This document shows, in pieces, positions 50,201 to 61,200 of a stretch of DNA of 64,000 bases. The stretch is from Leidyana gryllorum EB-2025a. Its lineage: Eukaryota > Protista > Apicomplexa. The notes under the pieces are model-generated. The model was not told the origin of the DNA and searched no databases. It saw only the letters and a list, made by a program, of their open reading frames with translations. The stretch's first letter is position 1. Each line of letters begins with the position of its first letter. Position numbers and translations under genes: made by a program. The stretch spans positions 62,001-126,000 of the forward strand of contig JBLWGC010000047.1 in the NCBI GenBank assembly GCA_048772705.1. Reading direction: 5' to 3'.

Positions 50201-51604
50201 CTCTGTGGAGTGGTCCACTGAGGGAGGGCGAGAGCGGCTTCGTGATAGAGGTGGTTAATGAGTCCCTGGAATCGGATATAACTCGTTCCTATGACTGTAT
50301 CGCGGTTGGTGGCGTCAATGAGGGTGACAGCCAAGGCAGAATCTTCAAGCTCCATCATGACACCCCTCCAACAAATAACCCCGACATTGGCCCATTTGGG
50401 GTCTTCGGCGATAACATCTCTTGATGTGATCTGAAGGTGTCGTAGAGGGCCCAAGCCTTGGAATCTGAGCTTATAACATCTCCTTTCTCGTCGCGCTCCG
50501 GGTTTGTATCTACACTGATTGATTTGAGCCGGGTATTGGACCCCGCCTCTGGTCTCACTTGTTCTGCGCTCTCAGTTTGAGATCGGTGAGTGACAAGAAG
50601 TCAACGGCTCTCCATTTTAGAAATCGGACTTCAAAGTCAAATATCTCTTGAATCAGAAACTCGAACCGAATCTCACATCGAGGCAATCGTTTGCCACCAG
50701 TGAGTTTCAGTAGTTGCCGAGACACTTGGAGACTTGAGGAGACAAAGGAAGAGAGGGGCTCTTCCATAAACCCCTCCAAAGCGTTCAAATGGACCCGTCG
50801 GTGTTGCCAAGCCTGGGAGAAGTGGACGAGGATTGGGTGCCGTCCGTTTGTCTGTCTGTCTGTCTCACGGATACTTTCAGGCGGTGTTTCTGCAGATCGG
50901 CATACGATCCACGCCATTCGGCTTGAAGTGTGAAGGGTACTCGGGTTGGCTTCTTGGCATCTGATGAGACGTGGTGCACAATTTTGCTGCGCCGTTGTAT
51001 GGGGACGTCTCCGCTTGCCAGAATTCGAATGGAGCCACCAGTCTACCGTGGGGATCATTGTTGTCAGTGTTCATATATATACCTCTACACGATACTCATC
51101 GCGATCTGAGCCGAGTCCAAATTCCAGAAATGCGTTCAAGTCATCCTTGAGAAGGTTCAATAGTGTCACATTATACAGCGCGCATTTCCACCTTCGAGGA
51201 TAGTTCCAGTACAGCTTTTCTACTATAGACATGCCGGGACTCTCCAAGGGCTTAGCAGCACAAAGTCGGGCGTACTCCTCTACAGTCAACGCGGTACGAT
51301 TTATCAAATCGTCAAACACGCCGGTCACCAGATTCTCCGGCTCCTCCTCTTCCTTCACTTGGATTTTGTCGCCGCCGATCTCAGGCGACTGGGACACAAT
51401 CTCACCAGGGTGCTTTCCCTGGGCTATCACTACCGCTGGGGGTGGGGCACCCACACCTGCCCCTGCTGTCAACACAGTCGTGGGACTTTGACTCATCACC
51501 GCCACCGGCGGTGGCGATCCAGGAGGCGCTGACCCCGCACCAGCATTCTGCTGCCCGAACCATCCCTGGATGTTCTGGTTGATTGTTGACGTGAGCTGCT
51601 CCAT
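47217..51604 (-). CDS. C2 + transglutaminase-like domain protein, CEP76/CC2D2A family, multi-exon
   Basis: AHVLLLTSMLLGLNRRAYVCLGT...FWEVTNG and PYKTIDVIFNDEHLWVNRQ...WFDVWDETKW match the CEP76-type C-terminal domain, with C2-like exons upstream. Inclusion of the 47217-47760 exon is inferred. Confidence 0.7.
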
Positions 51605-51687
51605 TTTCCTGCTACGTCCCCCTCAGGTCATCTCACTGAGACACAACCTGTACATAAGTCGCAACTTACTTGAGCAGTATCAAAAAA

Positions 51688-52352
51688 ATGCACGTGTTTA
51701 TGGCAGCATGGGCGACTAAGGACCTCCCACCTGGTAAGCACTGCAGGGCTGTGCTGGCTTCAATCATTCGTAGATAATCACCCTCTGGCACGTCCCGACG
51801 GGGGCTGGTACCCTGGAAAGCCTTTCGACCCCACCGACATATTAACCGACCCTCGCAACTGGCACGTGAGTCCAATCTCATCCTACAACGGTAACGTGAT
51901 CGTTGATCTATACTCAGGTCTGGAAGCAGTTTCTTTGGTTCACCGGCTGCATTCTCACAATCCCAATCGCTTTCTTCATCATCGCAGAATGGGTATTGCG
52001 TAATGTCTTCAATTGGCCGCATCAATCAAGCCAAACCCTGGGAGCCTTGCTTGGCGTAATCGCTCTGCAAGTCTTCATGTTCACCTATGCACGCCGTGCT
52101 ATGAATGAAGAGCAAAGTGAGTTCGCCCAACAAGCACAGGCCGAAATTGAGAAGCGCGAGAAAGACAAGGCAGCTCAGGAAGTGGCTGGCGCGGAAGCTG
52201 ACCAGACTGCAGACGGTCAGATGGCCCCACCCGAAGAAGAAGTAGCTGAAAAGCCTGAGTCCAAGCCGATCGAAGAACCACAAGCCGATGACGGCCAACA
52301 AGAAAGTGTGAAGGGCGATGATGAATGTGAAGAAACCAAGAAGGATCGATGA
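51688..52352 (+). CDS. VMA21: V-ATPase assembly factor VMA21-like (3 exons)
   Basis: Spliced ...DILTDPRNWH|VWKQFLWFTGCILTIPIAFF...GALLGVIALQVFMFTYARRAMNEE gives two TMs and a C-terminal KKDR dilysine ER-retrieval motif. Start is 51688 or 51700. Confidence 0.75.
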
Positions 52353-52847
52353 TTTCTGGTCTACAATTCAACTCCTTTTCTTGGCCAATCGTACGACAGG
52401 CCAGTGTGTGTCTTCATTCAAATGGGCTCGCCACTCATCAACTGTTCTTAATCATACGTACTACGAACAGACACCGTGCCCGTGATCGGCATGTGCAGCA
52501 CCGCTGTGACAATAGTTAACTCCCCTTAGCACACGTGTGCGATCCACCATTGACCTTTGTGAGGTCCCACGGACAGACTCCAAAAAGTCACACAGGATTC
52601 CCACAGACGCCTTCAAGTTGTCAAGATACATGCTTCAAGGCCAGAGCCCGCGAGCTGTCAATTCCAAGACAAGCTCAACCGAAAAGAAACCAACGACTCA
52701 CAGAGCCGCTGTTTATGGGAATTATTTGGCAAGACGGGGCGTTCTACCTTCCAGTGCCAGTCAGTGAGAGCCCTCAGTATAGAGCTTGCGAGCAAACGAG
52801 ATGAAAACACGCACCCTGGCCAGTCAGTCACGCAACTTCGGGACACA

Positions 52848-55800
52848 ATGAGTAGTCAAGGCAGCCTCACCCCAGGATCTCGCCGGAAACGGCGACTGCT
52901 AGTGACAGACTCCGATGAGGAAGGGCCATCGAAGCGCTTGAAGCCCCTCTCAGATCAAGAGGTCGGACAGGGCTCCCATATTGACCACGCGCAATCCCAG
53001 GATCCCTCCTTGCCGCGGACTGGTGGCGTATCTTCCCCGGCAGAAGCACCACCGGTGAGCCCTGCCAAGGTGGCGCCCCGGAACTCCCTTGGATCGACTC
53101 CGGACAAAACAGGACCGCCACTGGCCGATTCGGGATGCACATCCTCGGTCACCGAGTCTCCGGGCACAAAGCCCTGTTCTACGGGGTCGCCCGCTTTTGC
53201 GCCGGAAGGTCTGGAAAAGGGTGCTCCGCAGCTCTGCAACGAGTCCACGGGATCAGGAGGGGTGCTTTCGGAGTCGGGGCCTCCGAGTGCCTACGTATTC
53301 ACTGTGACTGCCGCCCCTGCTCAGCCCCTTGACTTGGAAGTTGTGGCGCGAAGTCCACTGCGTCTGGAATCCTTATGGCGAGCGATTCTGAGCTGGTGCG
53401 AACATCTGAGTGGCCGCAACGAGCCTCTCCGATGGCCACGCTGCGTTTTCTATCTTCACGATGTGAATCGGATGTTGGACAAACTGACTCCCTCGGGACC
53501 GCGGTGGCCGGCCTCCGTTCGTGTTAGGCAGGGCAAACGGATGAAGCGGCTGGAGAACCTTCATGTGGGTTACAACGAGACATATGATCTGTTGAGTGTC
53601 TACGGAGCCCCCGGAACGTCTTTGCGCCCAAAGAAGATCCCAAATCGGATGCACAGATTGCTTCGTATATTCGAGAGGATGGAGTTGCGCCGCATTCACA
53701 TTCGGAACGTCGGGTCTCTGCCCTTTGCTTCGATGATTACAACAGGGTCCGTGAGACCCTATATTCCACATGTCTTTGATAAGAAGGACCCTGCATTAGA
53801 AGTTGAAGCTTGGAGCGACGAAGCTTACGAGGCAGCGAAAGTGGAGCTAAAAGAGCAGCAAGTTCTCGAATGGAAGCAGAAGTACGAACAGTCGGGCGGA
53901 AAGTGTCGAGGATGGGCCATTATAACCCTTTCCTTGGATTGCGATGGCTACAATGCTGAGCTGCAGTTACCCCAACTGCTGGCCCAAGACGTTGAGAGGG
54001 TACGCGCTATGCTTTTGGATGGTCATCTTACCGGAGAAGTCAACCGTGAGGCGTATACTCAACTCCGAGCTCAAGAGCGCTTGAATGCTGTCTTCGGGGG
54101 CTTGCGCTTTGTGGAGCCAAGAGAGGATGCGGAGACTGAAAGCCAGGGTGGCCAAGCCGACTCCCATGTACGACCCAACAAAATTGATGATTCCACGAGA
54201 CGGGATGTTGAAGAGGCCTGTTTGGACACCCTCAAGCAGGAAATGTTCGATCAACAGCAGGCAGATGAGGCGCAGGAAAGACGTCCGAAGAAGCGGCGAG
54301 TCTGCCCTGAGAATCAATCTCAAACCAATGACACTGACAATTATAGTTCTAAACAGATGACTGACCAAAGTGTCAGTAGTGCAACGGCGCGTACTCAATC
54401 CGCGCCATTGGAGACAGTGACCTTCCCCGTCATCAACGCCGAAGCCACTGTAGAGAAGAGGCCTTTCTTCGAACAATTTAGACAAGTCAATCGCAACACC
54501 CTGGGGCGCGCCCTTTGGATTATCATGAGTTTCGGCTTCGTACATCTCGATTTACAAAACTTGGCACAGCGGGCGCCCACTATCTTCTGGAATCTGCACC
54601 TGATAAATCGGAAGCAGCCCTTACGCGCAGTTGCTGATGTCCTCGAAGCCTATCATTGCATTGCGGTTCGTGACCCCAAGCTACAAGACCCTCGGCTGAC
54701 GAAACGTGTCACCGACTTGATTCAGCGTATCCGAGATGGAAGATCATTACGAGGCAAACGTGTGGCCATGTTGCGCGCAACCCACTTGATTGACTTGAGT
54801 GCCCTGTTCCCACAGCTGACATCTACACCGAGCGAAACTCCGCCTGAAGCAGACCGCGACACACCTCACGTCGAGGAAGAACCGCCCGTGCCACCGAAAG
54901 CTGCGGATACTGCGATGCTCAAGGCGAGCATTGGTGAAGAGGACGACCCGGATTACAACGATAGGATTTCAGAGGATCTGATCGACAGAGTTATTGAATA
55001 TTACTCGGCTCCTCGGTATCAGCGGCGATTTGAGAGCTGCAAAGTCCACTTATGCCGCTGTACGAGATGCAAGATCCGCTTCGCTGGCCAGATTGACGAA
55101 CCGTTCGCGGTTAAGGATATCGAAGCCTCAGACTCCGACTCTGATAGAGAGTTCCGTTCTTTGTCAGAGTTGGATACCGACAACGCTGCCTCCAGCGTTC
55201 GTGAAGTGCAACCTCACGGTGTGCGGACTCTGGAGAAGCTTCGCGAACTCTTGCCGCTCGTGACTGCTTCGGCCGAAAAGAAGAATCGACTCAACAATAT
55301 GATCTCCCGACTCCTAAGTCAGGCGGGAGAGGGCCGACATGCACGACGGGATCACTCTCTGGAAAATGGCGTGTCTAAAGCAAGGTGCGTCAACCTATGC
55401 CAGTGGCCGCTTTCAACACTTCTCTTCTGTGACAGGCGTGATCGATTGGAAATGATGCCGCATTGGGATGGGCGGCGAATCGAAGACCTATTCTTCGATC
55501 GCGATGACTTCTTCAAGAGAAGTGTATATAAATTGTCGATGCAATACCGGACATTGTTCTACTGGCTATGTGCTTCAAAGTGAGTCAGCGTCACGGATGT
55601 GCTAATACTCTTCTGCTTAGGGCAATCAAGGCTCCAATGCTCATCACAAATGGTCCTAAAGGGCGGGGTGTTATCGCTGCTGCCCCAATCTACAAGGGTG
55701 ATTTTGTTTGTGGTAAGCGAATTGACGACCCGGAAGTACTCGGGTTCACTCTTTTATCACACAGAGTATCGAGGAACCTATATTACTCAGTTCGGCTGTG

Positions 55801-56243
55801 CGAAGTCCCGAGAAGCTGACATGACGGCTTTGGGTCGTGGCAGCTACACTTTCTATTTTCATCATCCGGTGTCCTCGAGGATGCATTGTATAGACTCCAG
55901 CTTTGAGCGGATTGACTTCGGATGCGCAAGATTGATCAATCACTCCCATCGACGTCCCAATCTCGTTCCTATGGCTGTGGTAAGTATAATGTTGGCGGCA
56001 TAGTGCCCAATTCGATCATCTTCACCTCGTGCAGTATCACGAAGACGGTTACTCGAACGGGAAGCTTGAGAAACCGGCACGGCTGGTTTTCTGTGCAAAT
56101 CGAGATATTCAGATGTGAGTGTTCTGAGTGTCGCGTACCTCTATTCATTCGTTTGTCCTATGAACAGAGGAGAAGAGTTACTGATTGACTACAATGAAAC
56201 GAAGCAAGAGACTTTGACTGCGAATCCTTGGCTCTACGAATGA
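52848..56243 (+). CDS. SET8: SET8/PR-Set7-like histone H4K20 methyltransferase with long N-terminal extension, multi-exon
   Basis: KGRGVIAAAPIYKGDFVC|EYRG, GSYTFYF, CIDSS, ARLINHS and GEELLIDY...ANPWLYE; the C-terminal PWL is typical of SET8. Confidence 0.88.
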
Positions 56244-56274
56244 TAAAGACTGTTGTGCACCACAACGCTCCTTT

Positions 56275-58202
56275 ATGACGGATTGGACATCCTACATCCC
56301 TGGTTGGAATACGGATGTTGTCTCGGCGCGAAGTCAAGCGGATACGACAGGGAATAACACGCCATGGTGGGCGCGGCAAGTGGCATCAACAGAGGAGGAG
56401 CAGGGACCTTTCCAGCATCTGTGGTCGTGGATCGCTCCAGCATCGGTATCCGGCCCCTTGATGCAGACTCCTGTTCCTAAGAAGAAGCTAAAAGCATTCG
56501 TCTTGCCCAGTAGATCTTCGTCCACAGAGACGGGAGCCCAGCCGTCATTGGAAATAACCGCGTTCCCCTCTCGTAGATCGAGTCACAGACCTTCCAGGGA
56601 GGCAGCCAAGCGGTTGCCGCGGTTGCCACCGAAGGTCATGAACGCCCCAGCGAAGCGCCTGGCTGGTGGATCTTCAGGTAGCGGCAAGAGTGGGCGAAGA
56701 CTGTCACCACTGCCAGAAAAACTGGGTTTTGAGGGTGGCAAAATGGAGCCACCACCCCCACCCCCCTGGTGGAAGTCGAAATCAAAGCGTGAGACGGGAG
56801 TTCAAAAGACCGACGTGAAGCCGAAAACGAAAGTCAAAGTGAAAGTGAAGCGAAAACGTTTGCTGTTGCCAACAGCCTCTTCGGGCCCGGTGGCTCGGAA
56901 GCAGTCACCGTCTGCTTTGAGTGATATATTTGGCACTCACGCGATCTCTGAATCACAACTGCTGGATACCCCCTCAGTGGTTCCTTCGCCATTCCGAGTG
57001 GGGGAGAGTGAGTCGCCAGACGATCTGAGAGGTGTTAGGCCCCAGAGCGAATTGAGTGAAGGCCTAATGACGGGGCCCATAGCGATCTCGAAAAGGTCTC
57101 AATCCCTTGCGGGAAGTGGAGCGGAGACGAGCATCTCATTCCCGCGCCCCATGTCCTCTTCAAGATCTTTGACCGACTTTCAAGAGCTGTTGCCTTCGAG
57201 TCCCGTTAGTCCTATAGGAAAGGCAAAGTCCAGTCGGGGACTCGCAGCGGAGAGAGGGATTCCGACGAAAACGCGGCCTATTCGATCATTTGTAGTAACA
57301 TCAGCTGAGCCACAAACAATACTTGCTAATTCCCCCCCTTCTGCACGTGTACACCCAGAGCCGCCGAGGCGACCGAAGTTGAGTAGATCACAGCCCGTGG
57401 AGGTTGAGGTGAAAGGTGGTGGACACGAGGTGGTGTCAAAAGTTGTGCCTTCCATCCGGGTGCAGCAACAACCAATTGCGATCGTGCCTTTTGTGGAAGA
57501 GCGTGCCGTGGAGCTGAATGTGATACCGTCACCGAGTGATGCAGTTCCTTCAGCTGATGAGGCGGTGAAGTCAGAGCCCGTATTGCTATCAAGTGTAGAG
57601 AAGTCGAGATTGTGGAGCATAGGATTGGGTTTTGCAGCTTCAGAGAGGTACGTCATAGGGTGGTGTGGATGTGTGAGCGCTTAATGACAGGGTGATATCG
57701 AGTGCGAGAGTAGATCGAATGAGTTGGGCTTTGATGAGATTGAGCCGTTACGCAGCAATGCGTCACAAGTTGGAGTTATGGGCGAGAGTGTGCATTCGGC
57801 CTGCAGCCAGTATTCTGCAAGCATTCAAGTTGAATTTGAGGTTGTGGGCTTTTAGAAAGCTGTATTTATTGGTCCATCCAGAGATCCAGTATGATGAGAG
57901 GGAGCCAGTGTGGCTGAGGGTTCAGCCGAAGCCGCATATACGGGGCCGTGGGCGGATGCTTTGTGAGTTGTGCATATAGTTAGTTGAATATTCAAGTGTT
58001 GACAGATGTAAGGCCAGAGTACACATTGGTGGTTCCGGGTTGGATGGCTCCAGTTGATGAACGGTGGGTGCGATGGATACGGGAAAGACATGTTAAGGAG
58101 CGTACGGAGGGGGTGGAGGAGTGGGGTTGCGAGCGAGTTGAGTCACTGTTGAGTCGCTTGAGGAGGGTCAATATTAAAAATTTGAAGGGTGTAGGAGGAT
58201 GA
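56275..58202 (+). CDS. Hypothetical Ser/Pro-rich protein (3 exons)
   Basis: ORFs 56275-57684, 57692-57979 and 57984-58202 are joinable by GT-AG introns (e.g. MLY across gtgag...gacag); stop TGA at 58200-58202. Confidence 0.6.
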
Positions 58203-61200
58203 AGCGAAGCCCGAATGTATCAGGGGAGGTCCTTCAAGGGGTTCCAGGTGCCGTGGCACCTCCCGCAACACCCAACGGAGAAGACAATATACAAGAAGCT
58301 ATCCAGAATGCAGTGGCGAGTGGTATACAGCCTCGTTTACGCATAAAGCGGAAGATTCGGGCACCACAGGCTGGGTAAGGCGAAGTGTGTTACATAAAGT
58401 TCTCTGTGTCTATGTTTTACTGCAGCGGTGGTGAAGGAGCGCCGTTCGGTAACCAGTTTGGAGGCGGCTCGGGGATGAACTTTGGCGGTGGACAGCAGCA
58501 GCAGCAGCAACATCCACAGCAACACCAGCAGGCAGGGACGGGTTCAATCTTTGGAGCTCCGGCGTCTCAGCCTTCAACAATGTTCGGGTCGGCTGCTCCA
58601 CAGTCGTCGTCTATCTTTGGAGCTCCCCCTCCTACTCCTTCTTCACAGCAATCAATGTTTGCCCCTAACTCGGGAGGTGCATCAACCGGCAGTATATTCG
58701 GTCAGCCTTCGGGTGGCGGCAGTATCTTTGGAGGAGGCGGCGCTTCTACTGGTGTAGGGTTCGGAGGTCAACAGCAGCCTCAGTCTTCGGGTTCGACGTC
58801 CATATTTGGTCAGCCGCCCACACAAGCGCAAACAGCTCCTGCCCAAAGTGGCGGGTCAATATTTGGTGCGGCCGGCAAGAGTGACGGATTGATGTCTCAT
58901 CTTGGTAAACCGGCAGATATACCTCCCCCGCAACAGCCGTTAATGGGATTGCCGAGTCCCTCCGGGACCGCGGCAGCCCCACCGCCTTCCTCATCGTCTA
59001 TCTTCGGTTCAAAGCCGCCGTCGACTGAGCCTTCCGCCATGTTCGGCGGTGCGAAACCTGCAGCAGCATCCGAAAAGTCATCGATATTCACTCCCACGGG
59101 GACTGGCATCTTTGGGGGCGGGTCGTCGGCCCCGCCGCAGCCCGCGGCTCCCACTACCACCAATTCGATCTTCACGCCAACGGAAAATAGCGCTCAGCTA
59201 TTCAAACGGTCTCGACCTCAGGACAATACTTCAGCCACCCCACCGCCACCTCAGACGGCAGCTGCTACTGTCAACAGCATTTTCTCCGGTGGTTCGAGTA
59301 TGTTCTCTGGCAGTGGAGGAGAGTCAAAGTCAATCTTCGGCCCGCCAGATCCCAACAAGACGCAAAGCCTATTTGGCCCGAAGCCCAAAGGCGGCGGAAT
59401 CTTCGGGACACAACCGTCAGCGGCCAACCAGACCGGTGCGACCACCAGCAGCGTCTTTGGGAGCAAACCTCTCGTGCCCACCACACCCCCTCCATTACAG
59501 CCCACCTCAACACTCTTTGGCAAACCCCCCACGGCGGAAAAGTTGGAAACGGCGCCAGCGGCCACCTCGACGCTCTTCGGAGGTGTCCAGAAACCCTCTT
59601 CACCCGACAAGACGCCTCCACAACCAGCAGCAGCACCGACTGGCGGACTCTTTGGCATTCCCCCAAAACCGGCCTCGCAAGATGCTCAACCTCCCCCCGC
59701 TGCCGCACCACCATCCACAATGTTCGGATCAAAACCACCAACACCTTCGGGTCAGCAGACAATCTTTGGAGCGGCCTCACAACCAACTTCAACTCTCTTT
59801 GGGGGCGGCTCAAAGCCGACTACGCCCACCATCTTTGGTGCCGCGAAACCCACTCAGGAGCAAACTGCTCCACCCACCTCCACTATCTTTGGAGCCAAAC
59901 CAACGCAACAAGAGACCGCGCCTCCCGCAACCGGCGCCGTCGGAAGTATATTTGGCCCAAAACCGACACAGGAGACCGCTCCTCCCGCCGTCCCACCCGC
60001 GCCCACCACTGTATTCGGCTCTCCTTCAGGACAACAAGACCCATCGCAACAGGATTCGACCGCCAAGACTCCTCCTCCCCCTGGAGGCGGAATCTTCGGA
60101 GCCGTGGCGCCCTCGCAGGAGGCGGGGAAAGCAGCAGCAGCACCCGCAACTCAGCCACCGTCGGGAAGTGTGTTCGGATCTCTGACGTCGCAGAGTGCCG
60201 GAGGGCTAACGGGCGGTTTGTTCAGCAGTTCTAAGCCGACACAACAATCGACCGCGTCTGGGCCGAGTGCGACGGGCAGTGTCTTTGGCAGTTTGAAGCC
60301 CGCTGAGGCCAAACCGGCCGACGGCACCTCCGGCTTCAACTCACAACAAACCGGTGCCGCTCCGACTCAGCTTCAGCCGCCCGCTGCGGCTCCCACGGGG
60401 TCCAATGCCCCCGGAGCTCTCTCGTTTGGGGCCAAACCAGCCATGACAGCAACAGAAACCACGACGACCGGAGGTCAGCAACAGCAGAAGTCTATCTTTG
60501 GGAGTACCACTGGGCCCTCTCTGTTTGCTCCCAAACCCATAACGACCGCCACAGCTCCGGAAGGAGCCGCGGCTCCCCCTCAAACGTCTCTGATCAGTCC
60601 AACAGCTCCTCAAACAACGCAACCTCCACCAACCACTATGTTTGGAGCTGTGAGCCCGGCTCCCGCTGGAGACACAGCAACCGCCCAACAAAGTCTCTTC
60701 GGGAAGTCGATGCTCCCCGGAGGCTCACAACCCGCGCCGTCTACGCAAGGGAGAATCTTCGGGTCGCAACCGGCTGCTGGATTTGCCTTTGGTGCGACGC
60801 AGCCACAGCAACCCTCCACTACGAATCTCCCCATCCCGCAGCCTGCCGTCGCAGAGCCCGCGACAGACGCTCAGAAAACGGGTGCTCCCCCGGCAGCAGA
60901 GAGCGGTTCGTCGTTTGCGGCTCCGGCTGCTGCACCACAGTTCCACGGGGAGTCTGTGCCAACTCCGTTGGGTCACACACCTCCCGTCACCACCGCTGGG
61001 GTGATGGAGAATGTGGATTCGGAGGCGCTTCGGTCTCTGGCGACATCAACTCGCAGTGTGTTTGGTGACTCGAAGCCGAGTGATACTCAGTCGAATCTGA
61101 GTATGACAGAGCCGAGCACTGAGAAGAGCAAAGGTGATATCCCATCGGCCAACGAGAAAGCGCCTGTGAGTGATGGGTCGAGCTTTGGAATGCCTTCGAA

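Noticed and set aside
1909-51604. Fragmented ORFs suggesting frameshifts, pseudogenes, stop-codon reassignment or selenocysteine
   Set aside because: Every break I examined in detail is explained by a canonical GT-AG intron that restores the frame.
58192-58198. AGGAGG Shine-Dalgarno-like sequence before the nucleoporin ATG
   Set aside because: Spliced eukaryotic context, no spacer before the ATG, and it simply encodes Gly-Gly of the upstream gene.
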